Assembly: GCA_029547225.1 (NCBI GenBank)
Contig: JAKPPS010000040.1
Location: 42,796 to 106,795, forward strand
DNA from: a bacterium
GTDB lineage: Bacteria > Patescibacteriota > Dojkabacteria > SC72 > WJKH01
Length of the DNA: 64,000 nt
Direction: 5' to 3'
Made by a program: the position numbers and the translations under genes. Shown here piece after piece: positions 9,792 to 19,900 of the stretch; the stretch's first letter is position 1, and every line of letters starts with the position of its first letter. A model generated the notes under the pieces. The model made no database searches, had not been told where the DNA came from, and was given only the letters and a program-made list of their open reading frames with translations.

Positions 9792-11756
9792 TTAATTCCT
9801 ATCGATATTGATAAAAGTAAAACCTGTTTGAGGTATAGATAAATAGCCTGGAGCTCTTAGATTGTATGTATTTTTAAATTCACTACCAGGCACACTAATT
9901 ACTCCAATATTTGTATTAAAGCTTATGTACTGAGTCTGTGCGTTATCCCCTTGAACATTGTAAGGCATACCAGAAATAGAAGTTATCGGATTCACAAGCA
10001 AATCTCTCATTTCTTGCATAGAATATGGATTGCCACCCAAACCTTGTATAGGACATTGAGATATAGTGACAGGCATAATACGGCTACTATCATAACCACC
10101 TTTCAAACCAGACCCTTTTAATACTAACCAAGTATTTAAAATATCTGCCATTTCTTCTTCACTCATCCAAGAATTTCGTCCACAAGTTGCAGAAGCATCA
10201 TTATATGTTTGTCTATACCATGATCGATAAAACCACGGATGACCTGACATACTTTCCCAAGATCTACTCAACCAATCTCCACTCCCAGTACGATCAGTTG
10301 TATCCCAGCCGACATTATTGACATAACCACCATGTATAGCAGCATATTGTGTGGAAATAGTATTACCATTTGCATCTTGTAATACCCACCCTCTAGTTTC
10401 ATCTACAGCTTGCTTCCAAGCACCCGACTTAAGTGGATAACTAAAAACTTGACAAGCTTGTGTAGCACATATCGCTCCAGCACCATTACTCGTCCTACGG
10501 ATAGCATATGTCCTTGCAATTATTGCTTGCGCTTTTAATGCTTCATAACCCCAGTTCTCTGGCATTTCTTGAATACCATAAAGATAGTCCGTTTCAAAAG
10601 GTATAGGATCAGCATAACCAATTACAGATATTGTTGCCATAGATGGATAGTCTTTGCGCAAAACTGAACCCGGATAATACGCTTGCAAAATCTCCTCTGC
10701 ACTTTGACCAGCTTCAGCTCTGGCATAAGCACCAGTTTGACTCATACCATTACGATGAGTATAGGCACCGATTGAAAATACTCCGAAGTATCCTGAAGGA
10801 GCATTATCCCTAAAACCAGCTAATGTCGCATTATAATCTCCAGTATTTGGCACTGAACCCTCATTAACGATTGTTCCACCTGATCTCGCAACAATAATAG
10901 CTCTTTGTAATTCAGATATTTGATCGCTAAGAGAAGATATTTCTGAAGAAAGCTGGTATTGTTGTGCATATGTTTGATTCATCTGTTCAATAAGCATAGC
11001 CCTCTCAGCTTCAAATGCTCTTTTGGAATCATCTAATGCTTGCTTTTCAGCTTCAATTTGAATTCGAGAATTCTCAATATCCTTTTTTTGCTTCTCTATT
11101 TCTGCAACTTGTTCATTTAGTTCTTTTCCTAAAGCAATCTGATTTTTTAAGGCATATCTTTTGTAGTTTAGTAAACTCCAAGTATCATCTGTGTTCCATT
11201 TCATTAACAATATCTCCATAATACCCATCCGTGAATTCTTGTAGATCTCAGTTGATACATCAGCAATCAGAAGCAGCTTTTCCTCCAAGATACTCTTCTG
11301 TTCCTCAAGCTGAGCTTCTTTTTCTTGCAATAATCTAGTATTCTCTTCTAGTTTTGCATTACTCTGACCCAATTTATCATCTATCATCCATATTTTCTGA
11401 TCTAATGAGACATTACTTGCAGTTATATCCTGTAAAGATTTTCTTGTCTCTGCAAGGATTCGCTCTTTCTCTTGTTTTATTCGTTCTGCTTCTTCAAGCT
11501 GTTGTTCATATTCTTCAGCAGTTGTAGCATACGCTTTTCGTATAAATTGATCAGATATCTGCTTAGGAATTATTAATCCACTAGGGATAGAGAATATCAC
11601 TGTAGTTAAAATAACAAACATAAATGAAACCGAAAAGTACCTCAAATATGACATTTTCTTTTGTATACTGTGGGTTTTATTATTTTGTTTTATCTGGATT
11701 TCTCCCATCTTCTGATTATAACATATTTTGTTAAAAAATATTAACGGACAAGGCAT
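9792..11756 (-). CDS. Membrane-anchored coiled-coil protein with C-terminal SpoIID/LytB-like domain
   Basis: N-terminal TM 'FSVSFMFVILTTVIFSIP'. About 250 aa of heptad-like E/K/Q-rich sequence follows. C-terminal 'DYLYGIQEMPENWGYEALKAQAIIARTYAIRR' matches the SpoIID/LytB signature ('EALKAQAVAARTYA'). The true start is probably internal (MSYLRYF or MGEIQ). Confidence 0.6.
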   Translation of the reverse strand: MPCPLIFFNKICYNQKMGEIQIKQNNKTHSIQKKMSYLRYFSVSFMFVILTTVIFSIPSGLIIPKQISDQFIRKAYATTAEEYEQQLEEAERIKQEKERILAETRKSLQDITASNVSLDQKIWMIDDKLGQSNAKLEENTRLLQEKEAQLEEQKSILEEKLLLIADVSTEIYKNSRMGIMEILLMKWNTDDTWSLLNYKRYALKNQIALGKELNEQVAEIEKQKKDIENSRIQIEAEKQALDDSKRAFEAERAMLIEQMNQTYAQQYQLSSEISSLSDQISELQRAIIVARSGGTIVNEGSVPNTGDYNATLAGFRDNAPSGYFGVFSIGAYTHRNGMSQTGAYARAEAGQSAEEILQAYYPGSVLRKDYPSMATISVIGYADPIPFETDYLYGIQEMPENWGYEALKAQAIIARTYAIRRTSNGAGAICATQACQVFSYPLKSGAWKQAVDETRGWVLQDANGNTISTQYAAIHGGYVNNVGWDTTDRTGSGDWLSRSWESMSGHPWFYRSWYRQTYNDASATCGRNSWMSEEEMADILNTWLVLKGSGLKGGYDSSRIMPVTISQCPIQGLGGNPYSMQEMRDLLVNPITSISGMPYNVQGDNAQTQYISFNTNIGVISVPGSEFKNTYNLRAPGYLSIPQTGFTFINIDRN

Positions 11757-11934
11757 ACCATAATTTTATGGTTCAGATTCAATAACTAGAAAAATAATTA
11801 ATTTATTTATGTAGTATCAGAAATTCTTCAACAAAGCGTGTCAATCATAAAGGAGGAATAATTCAACCAAATTGTTGTCTACGATTTTATCATTACGCCA
11901 TTACTATCAATACAAGACAGCAATAAATTTCCAA

Positions 11935-12294
11935 TTACTTAAGAATAAAATCCATAACCAAGCTAAAGATTATCCTTACCATAACAATAAAAAACAACCC
12001 TATTACGGTCCAAGTAATAGTTGAAGATGCTTTTTTAACTTTTTCAGGATCTCCTGCAGAAGATATCCACATGTATCCAGAAAAAATCAACAGTGCAAGA
12101 GCAATAAAAACCGATACAGGTATTAATAAAGATTCTATTTTTGAAATTAATGTAGCAAGAAATGCTCCACTTAACTGTGGAGGATCCTGTACCCCACTAT
12201 TCGCATTAACAGGATTAACGGATATTAAAAATACCTGAAGAACAGATAAAATAAATATTATTATTTTTGAAACATAAGCCTTCAATGTATTCAA
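11935..12294 (-). CDS. TrbC/VirB2-like pilin family protein (paralog 4 of 4)
   Basis: Signal/anchor 'IIIFILSVLQVFLISVNPVNA'. Two C-terminal hydrophobic helices flank 'SSAGDPEKVKKASSTITWTVIGLFFIVMV'. Same architecture as the three upstream paralogs. Confidence 0.5.
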   Translation of the reverse strand: MNTLKAYVSKIIIFILSVLQVFLISVNPVNANSGVQDPPQLSGAFLATLISKIESLLIPVSVFIALALLIFSGYMWISSAGDPEKVKKASSTITWTVIGLFFIVMVRIIFSLVMDFILK

Positions 12295-12307
12295 TTTCCT
12301 TTATTCT

Positions 12308-12676
12308 TTAAATACCAACGATATTTTTAATAACAAAATTGACAATAAGAATTGAGAAGAAACATATTACTAGACCGATAATAGCATAGGTAATACCCTT
12401 TGTTGCACCTTTAATTTTATCCTCATCACCATTTGCCGTAATATATCGAATACCGTTCCATATTAACATTACTACCGCAACTAATGCAGTCAATCCAATA
12501 CCCCAATTAAGGAGATCAATTATAATTACCTGTAAGTCACCCTCAGCACGAGGTCCCTTAACTTTGTTTACCCATGTCTCCCATGTCTCCTGAGCTGAAA
12601 CAGCCATAGTTGAAGAGGCTAAAACAACGGCTGAAGTACTTAATTTTGCGTATAACGACACTAATTTATTTTTCAT
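12308..12676 (-). CDS. TrbC/VirB2-like pilin family protein (paralog 3 of 4)
   Basis: Signal peptide 'LSTSAVVLASSTMAVSAQ', then two C-terminal helices around the conserved block 'ITANGDEDKIKGATKGITYAIIGLVICFFSILIV'. Confidence 0.55.
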   Translation of the reverse strand: MKNKLVSLYAKLSTSAVVLASSTMAVSAQETWETWVNKVKGPRAEGDLQVIIIDLLNWGIGLTALVAVVMLIWNGIRYITANGDEDKIKGATKGITYAIIGLVICFFSILIVNFVIKNIVGI

Positions 12677-12751
12677 TTTTTAATTATTAAAAATTAATAT
12701 AATTTATAATTACTTATTTTACACTAAAAAAACTATAATTTCAATATTATT

Positions 12752-13087
12752 TTAAGCTAAAATTTTTCCCATAATAAATCTAATGATTAGTTGTGATAAA
12801 AAAATAATCACTAAACCAATTATCGCATTAACAATCGTACCTGTACCTTTTTTAATTTTGTCCGCATCACCATTAGCAGTAATATATGTAACGCCTCCCC
12901 AAACAATAAAGGCTAAAGCAACTACTGAAGAGATCACTACTGCCGTAGATAAAAATGAAGCAACCTTAGCCAATATTACATCACCGGAACCCGTCTCAGA
13001 TTGAAGAGAGGATACAACTGGATTATTGACACCAAACCAACCTACTAGACAAGTCGAATATTTAATTGTACTTATTATATTTATCAT
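12752..13087 (-). CDS. TrbC/VirB2-like pilin family protein (paralog 2 of 4)
   Basis: Block 'ITANGDADKIKKGTGTIVNAIIGLVIIFLSQLII' is near-identical to paralog 3. Its start overlaps the upstream paralog by 4 nt. Confidence 0.55.
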   Translation of the reverse strand: MINIISTIKYSTCLVGWFGVNNPVVSSLQSETGSGDVILAKVASFLSTAVVISSVVALAFIVWGGVTYITANGDADKIKKGTGTIVNAIIGLVIIFLSQLIIRFIMGKILA

Positions 13088-13524
13088 GATGATGGATTAT
13101 TAGGATCAAATTGAATATTTAGACCAAGGACTTTATTTATAATAACCAATATTACAATAGAAAGCATGATAATTGCAAATCCAGTAATAGCATTAGTTAT
13201 TATTTCTTTAGATTCCTTAAGCTTATCTGGATCTCCTTTACTCAACATAATCGTAATACCTGCATACACCAGTAAGATTATCGCACATAATACTCCCGCG
13301 GGTATAGCAATAACTATTAACTTGTTTACAAATTCAGTTATTACATCTGTCGGTTGACCACCTTGAGTTGTTGTAGTAGTAGTCGTATTAATAAAATCGT
13401 CCACAGTATCTCCAAAACTAGGCCCGAAAGCATCACTATCTCCATTAGCGATCAGGAAAATAAAAGGAATCTGTATGATTTTTGCAAAAATTAATGATAA
13501 GTTCATAAATACAATATTATACAC
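13084..13524 (-). CDS. TrbC/VirB2-like pilin family protein (paralog 1 of 4) with poly-Thr linker
   Basis: N-terminal hydrophobic segment, 'TTTTTTQGGQ' linker, C-terminal 'LSKGDPDKLKESKEIITNAITGFAIIMLSIVILVII'. Its start codon shares nt 13524 with the helicase stop. Confidence 0.45.
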   Translation of the reverse strand: MYNIVFMNLSLIFAKIIQIPFIFLIANGDSDAFGPSFGDTVDDFINTTTTTTTQGGQPTDVITEFVNKLIVIAIPAGVLCAIILLVYAGITIMLSKGDPDKLKESKEIITNAITGFAIIMLSIVILVIINKVLGLNIQFDPNNPSS

Positions 13525-16500
13525 TATAAATACGCATCATCACAAATAGATAAATAATCGCAATATTTACACATAAAACCAGGCCTAGCAATAAAGTTCT
13601 CTGCCAATATTTCATTTTTAACTTCAGCTATTAAGCTAAGTAATTTTGCTTTTATTTTCTCATCAATTTCGACATCTAATATCTCACTACCATCTAGATA
13701 AATTATTTTAGCCTTTTGAACTATCAAATTTTGACTTTCTTCTAGAACTAAAGCATAAAGTGCAAGTTGAAGTTGATAGTCTGAATCTTTATCTTCTTTT
13801 TTTTCACCCGTTTTGTAATCGATAACCGTTACAACATTTTTACCGTCTTCCTCGCCTACTTTATCAATACGGTCAATTGCACCGGTAAATGCTAAATCCA
13901 AAATATTATAGGAGAATTTTCGTTCAAGGTCTATGGGATACTCGTCAACAGAATAAAGTTTCTCAAAGTATTGTTTAATTGTATTTTTAGCTCTGTTTAA
14001 CTGTAATTCTTTTTGCTCAACTGAATCGTATCCGATATCTGACCAATTGGCGTCAAGACATTTCTCGAGAAATTCAAAGTCTGGCTGCTGAACTATACCT
14101 GGCAATGATTCTTTATATTGTTTTTGCTTCTCATAAAAGGACTTTAGAGTATTATGTATCACCCTTCCATAAGTCTGACTAGCACTGGGTTCACCTGGAA
14201 CAAGCTGTAAATATTTATATCGATACTGTTTAGGACATTTTCTATATTGGTTAAATGAGGTGAAGCTTAAAGATAATTTTTTCCTTTGATATGTTACCAG
14301 GAATTTTACCATCTCATCTTCGATAACATTTGACGAGAATGATTTTTCAATCGTGTTAATATTATTGTTTATTGTGCCATTAATTTCATTATCTATCACA
14401 TCTGTTTCCTCTTTATTTTGAGAATATTCTTTATCAAGATCGACTTTGCGATTCAGAAGTTCTTCAATAAAGATACTCGGCTGTTTCTTCCTTACTCCAC
14501 CATAATTTTCGGCTGCTGTAAGATACAACTTCTCTTTTGCTCTTGTAGCACCGACATAAAAAAGGCGTCTTTCTTCTTGCAAATGAGCCATCTTTTCATC
14601 TTTTTCTCCAAGTACTTCCTTGATTAATTCCTCAGGGATAGGTAAACGATCTGACATATACCTTGAAGGGAATCTTTCGGAAGAAAGATTGACAAGAAAA
14701 ACAACAGGAAATTCTAATCCTTTAGAAGAATGAACTGTCATAATATTTACAGCATTTAGATCATCCATTGATTCCTGTTCGACTGAAGGACTCTCACCAA
14801 TCTCAATGCTGTAATTTAAATAATCAATATAGTCATAAAGATTTGTATCTTTACTATCTTGTTCAAACTTCTTAATCGTATCAAAATATTTGCTAATATT
14901 CTGAATTTTAAAAACATCTTCTTGATTAGATGAATTGGCTAGCTGTGACATATACCCACTCTGTTTAAAGAAATTTAAGAGAATATTTCCAATCGATCTA
15001 TTCTCTTTAACCATCTTTAATGAATAATCAAAAATCTGTAGAAAATTTGATAAACTTGCAATTGCTTCTTTTGAAAAAGTAATATCCCTTTGATTCTTTG
15101 GATTTCCTTGATTAACGTCTGTAAAATTATCTTCACCCAATTTTATACCCCACTGAGCTTCAAGCCAGTTAATAATATTTATCTTATCTCTGCGAGAACC
15201 TTGCATGATTTCCGCAACTTCACGCCCTGATAATTTCCAACAATCCATCACGAGTAAGTTATAAGCATCAACATTTTTATTAAAGTCATTTAGTAATTTC
15301 AAAAATGAAATTAGCACTCCTACTTCTGGACGATTATATAGTCCTCTCGGTCCGACAAATTTGAAAGGAATACCTTTGTATTTAAATGCCTGGACAAACT
15401 CATCAATATGCTTATTAGCACGCACTAATACTGCAATATCAGAAAAATTATAATTGGAATTATTACTCACTGTACTATTTGTATCTACAAAAGATGATTG
15501 TCCCTCATCGTTAAATTTCCCTATTAAAACGGAATTATCACTATTACCTGTAAGCTTCAATATCTCTTCAGACACTAATTCTGCTTCATGCACACCTGTA
15601 TCAGTAGCGATAAGATTCACAGGTTCTTCAATTATTTTATCTGTAGCTTTATTAGCAATGAGCTTCTTGTTTATATTTTCAGTTATTTCAAGGCGATGTG
15701 GATTATTATTTGAGATTAATGAGTAAGCAGAATCTAAAATTTTCTGCTCGTTACGGTAATTCCTTGTAAGAACGATATTTGTAGCAGAAGGATATATTTT
15801 CTTAAATTGAAGAATATTTGAGATTGCTGCACCTCGAAACTTATATATTGCTTGATCATCATCTCCAACAACTGTAATATTGGATTTTTTTGATGCTTGA
15901 GTAATTTTCTTCTGTATTTCTGGAGAGCATTTTCCAGTCCCTGCAATTTCAATATACTTGGGATCAACATTTATTGCTAAGGTATTTATAAGCACATTTT
16001 GAGTAAAATTTGTGTCTTGAAACTCATCAACTAAAATATACTTATATTGTTGACGATATTTTTGGAGTGTAATAGGACTTTCGCGAAGTAATTTTAGTGC
16101 GAGATTAATAACATCTCCAAAATCTAGTTTAGACTCATCTATTTTCAACTGACTATAAACTTTATATGTTTCTGACAACTCTTTGAGTCTTTCATAGTGC
16201 TCTTTCTCTTCTTGAGTGTCTTGCTTAAGTTTTGTTACATAATCAATATAATCATCTGGACGAATATCTTCATCTTGCAAGCGACTAAAGTGTTTTAATA
16301 TCTCCGTAATATATGACGATGGATTTCCAATAGGTCTAAGCTTTTGCAGAGGAAACTTGTACAGATTCTTTCTAAAAAGCATATAAGCTTGAGCTTGAGT
16401 CATTAGCGTAAAATTAATATCTAGACCTATATTCAGTGCCTCTTGCCTAAGTAATTTCTCGCAAAAGGAATGAAAAGTTGAGATATTCACTTCTTCATAA

Positions 16501-16733
16501 CCCAATGGCATCGCAGTATCAACACGATCAAGCATTTCTTTTGAAGCTTTATCAGTAAAAGTAAGTGCTAAGATTTCTGATGGTTTAGCCCATCCTTGCT
16601 CGATAATATTAATAATTCGAGTTGTGATTACTTTTGTTTTTCCAGTACCTGCTCCGGCAATAATAAGTAATGGCCCTTGATTATGATTTACGGCTTCAAT
16701 TTGTTCATCATTTAGTTTTTGTGTTAATTCCAT
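13524..16733 (-). CDS. UvrD/PcrA-like SF1 helicase fused to C-terminal PD-(D/E)xK (RecB/Cas4-like) nuclease with Cys cluster
   Basis: Walker A 'IIAGAGTGKTKVIT', 'LTFTDKASKEM', 'ILVDEFQDTNFTQ', 'VGDDDQAIYKFRGA', 'VHSSKGLEFPVVFL', 'YVGATRAKEKLYLT'. C-terminus 'CPKQYRYKYL ... IDRIDKV..VIDYKTGEK ... QLQLALYALVL ... CKYCDYLSIC' is a RecB/Cas4-type nuclease with a 4-Cys (likely Fe-S) motif. Confidence 0.85.
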   Translation of the reverse strand: MELTQKLNDEQIEAVNHNQGPLLIIAGAGTGKTKVITTRIINIIEQGWAKPSEILALTFTDKASKEMLDRVDTAMPLGYEEVNISTFHSFCEKLLRQEALNIGLDINFTLMTQAQAYMLFRKNLYKFPLQKLRPIGNPSSYITEILKHFSRLQDEDIRPDDYIDYVTKLKQDTQEEKEHYERLKELSETYKVYSQLKIDESKLDFGDVINLALKLLRESPITLQKYRQQYKYILVDEFQDTNFTQNVLINTLAINVDPKYIEIAGTGKCSPEIQKKITQASKKSNITVVGDDDQAIYKFRGAAISNILQFKKIYPSATNIVLTRNYRNEQKILDSAYSLISNNNPHRLEITENINKKLIANKATDKIIEEPVNLIATDTGVHEAELVSEEILKLTGNSDNSVLIGKFNDEGQSSFVDTNSTVSNNSNYNFSDIAVLVRANKHIDEFVQAFKYKGIPFKFVGPRGLYNRPEVGVLISFLKLLNDFNKNVDAYNLLVMDCWKLSGREVAEIMQGSRRDKINIINWLEAQWGIKLGEDNFTDVNQGNPKNQRDITFSKEAIASLSNFLQIFDYSLKMVKENRSIGNILLNFFKQSGYMSQLANSSNQEDVFKIQNISKYFDTIKKFEQDSKDTNLYDYIDYLNYSIEIGESPSVEQESMDDLNAVNIMTVHSSKGLEFPVVFLVNLSSERFPSRYMSDRLPIPEELIKEVLGEKDEKMAHLQEERRLFYVGATRAKEKLYLTAAENYGGVRKKQPSIFIEELLNRKVDLDKEYSQNKEETDVIDNEINGTINNNINTIEKSFSSNVIEDEMVKFLVTYQRKKLSLSFTSFNQYRKCPKQYRYKYLQLVPGEPSASQTYGRVIHNTLKSFYEKQKQYKESLPGIVQQPDFEFLEKCLDANWSDIGYDSVEQKELQLNRAKNTIKQYFEKLYSVDEYPIDLERKFSYNILDLAFTGAIDRIDKVGEEDGKNVVTVIDYKTGEKKEDKDSDYQLQLALYALVLEESQNLIVQKAKIIYLDGSEILDVEIDEKIKAKLLSLIAEVKNEILAENFIARPGFMCKYCDYLSICDDAYL

Positions 16734-16964
16734 AGTAGTTATTATTCTGCATTTTCTTACTTATGACAAGTAGATAATATTTGTACTGTTTTATCATGAT
16801 TTGATCTGATAATAAATGTATATTTTAATTAGATTAATTAATCCTTGATAGAAGGGTTTTTCGGCTAAATTTTGATATCACATTGTCGAAATAAAAATAA
16901 TACTGACAATTGGGATTCGATTTTTTGGATTTCATAATTATTTAACACTGTTTTAATAATTATA

Positions 16965-19900
16965 GTGCAAAATAATACTATGATTGAAACAGATAAGAAT
17001 AAAAGAATTATACAAATTTCCGTAGTAATTCTATCAATTGCACTAATCCCTTTACTCGTAACATACTTCAATTTAATTAATGAAAAGCTTGAATTACCAA
17101 ACAAAACTTATAGTCAGATAGTAGAAAATACAGGCTTAATAGAAAACTATACAGAATATGACCAAACTAACGCTATAGAAAAAGTAAGTTTATTAAATAG
17201 TAATCCATCAGATATCCAAAATGAAATAAATGCTAACATCGAGATAGATGAAGAAAATCTTGGAAATAACAATGCCGACAATTTGATAAGTACTGTTCAA
17301 AATATACCTATATCGACAATCAAGTTAGGAATAACCGAAGACACTTACACTGAGAGTGGCTATCCATATGCTAGTCCTTGGGATACACGAAGTTTTTTAG
17401 TCGGATACGATAATCAATGGATGAAACAGAAAACTCGTTCATATCTTAAGTATTCACTTGCAGATTTTGCAATCTATGAGATTTTACCAAGAGATATTGT
17501 TTCTGCTGAATTAAACATTTGGCAGTATTACAATGAAAGCAATAGTGATTATCAAGTCGATATAGGAGTACCAAGCAGCAATTGGTCACAATACAACATA
17601 AATTGGTTCAATCAGCCATCATCAGATAATTATTACTCATATACAATCAGTAAAACGATTGGTCGGAAAACATTAGAAATCAAAAGTATTGTTTTCAATC
17701 AACTTGTAAATAACAATTGGGAGAATGGAATATCACTTATTGCATCAAACGAAAATTTAAATGGCGGTATCTTTTGGAGCAATGCTTGCATATATACACC
17801 TGATCTTCCTCGATGTGAACCAGGACAAGAACCATTTGTATTAGTCAGCTATAAGCAGAATGTGCCTCCTACAAAAGCAAATCTACAATACCCAATAAAT
17901 AGTAACGGAAATCCAGAATATATTGATAATAGGAATATTATTTTTAATTGGGGAATTTCACAAGATCCTAATGAAGATGAAATAACATATTATGTTGAAA
18001 TTTCTGACGCTCAAGATTTTTCAACAATTCTTCATAATTCGGAGGGTCTATCCGAGAATAAATATGAATATACTTTTGAAGAAGATGGTCTGTATTTTTG
18101 GCGAATAAAATCCGAAGACAACCGAATTAAAAATAAGTGCCATACATATTCAGATATAGCATATTTTGAAATAGATACTACCGCACCAGATGTACCTAAG
18201 ATTGATTTTATTCCTCCTGTAACCTACGGAAATAATATTGTCCTCTCTTGGCAATTTAATACAGGATCAGAATCGAACCCAGTAACTTTCGGCATAGAGA
18301 AAATATGTGATACAAATGGAGAACAACTGATATGTGAAGAAAAAAGTACTGCTTATCTTAATGAGCTCTTTACTAATGAGATTGAAGATGTAATTTTTTG
18401 TTACAGAGTATTTGCAAGAGATCATTTGGGCCATCAGAGCGAATATTCGGAGACAATGTGTTCAAGACACGATTTTACTCCGCCAATTTTTACGACCTTC
18501 TCTGTAGGACAACAATACTTATCACCACAAAGTAGTCCAGAAGTGCAAGATAAATTAGAAATCTCATATTCATTAAAAGAAACTAATTTAACTAATGCAT
18601 CATTAATCGTTGAAAATCAAAATAGAGAAATCGTAATAGAAACTCCTATTACAGAAATTGAGGATACTTTAATCCCTGATATTCAAAATCTACCCGAGGG
18701 GAATTATTTTGTTTATGCATCAGCATTAGATATTGTAGGCCAAGTTTCTTTATCTCAGATGATTCCCTTTATTATTGATAACACCCCTCCTTTAAAGCCA
18801 AATATAATCTCCCCGACAAATAATCTCTTGAGTAATCAAAAAGAAATAAAGTTTGAAGCTTTAATAGATCCTTATGCAAAAACTGAAGTTTTAACTTCGA
18901 TTAATAGTAATAGCCAAGAAAACAAGTCGATTTTCACTACCGAACTTTCAAGCCGTTTTAAAAGTAAACTTTCTGCAGATGCGAATACCCTTTACGAAGG
19001 TCTTAATAAAATAAAAGTTGTAACAAAAGATAGAGCAGGAAATTCTTCTGAAAGTATTATTGAATTTCTAACTGATTGGACAAAACCTACAAAACCGATT
19101 ATTGAACTCTCTGCAGATGATCAATCAAAAAATCTATATGCAACAATATCTTCAGTCGGAGCTGATAAATATTACATTTATAATTTAGCCGGATTACATG
19201 CGGTAACAGAAAATACTTCTGGTAAAATATTACTAGTAGAAAACTGGTCAGGTAATAGTACATACTCTTTTTCAGCTGTTGCAACTGATAAATCAGGAAA
19301 TATTAGTGAGAGGTCAGAAATTTATTCTTACACTACCCCTTCAGTAAAAGGGGCTTCTTTATTCGGGATAGGTTCAATTATTGATCCTTCTTTTAAACCT
19401 GCATTAATACCTCTTACCTCTCAATGTTTATATAAATATCAAATAACCGACAATCTTATTACAAAAGTGAGTTGCAATCTCTCAGCGCCAACAATTGAAA
19501 AGAATTATAATTATTCCTCAAACAAAGAAAAGTACTTAGTTAGAACATATGGAGCTGATAACGACAAATTATCACTCACAGTAGAGGCTTACCGGTGTAA
19601 AAAGAAATCATTTTTCGATCCACGTACTTGGTTTAAATGTTTTGAAGAGCAATTACCATCAAAGACTAATGTGATTTCAACATATGGTGCTGTATATGGT
19701 ATTTTTCCTGATTCAAGAAATCATTTTGCTGTACGAGAAACAATCAACGATACAGGTGTAAGATTAGATTTCTTTAAAAATGGAGATTATTCTGGACAAA
19801 ATATTTCGATAGAAAAGGAGATGATTTTTTCGCAGAAAATAGGTCAAAGCTGGTTAGATTTTCATGAAACTGTACCTAGATCAAATGAACAAATAATCTC

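Noticed and set aside
13084-13524. Interpreting the four small proteins as type IV (PilA-like) pilins
   Set aside because: None has the G/(F,M)TLIE prepilin-peptidase cleavage motif near the N-terminus. Two hydrophobic helices at the C-terminus fit the TrbC/VirB2 topology instead.
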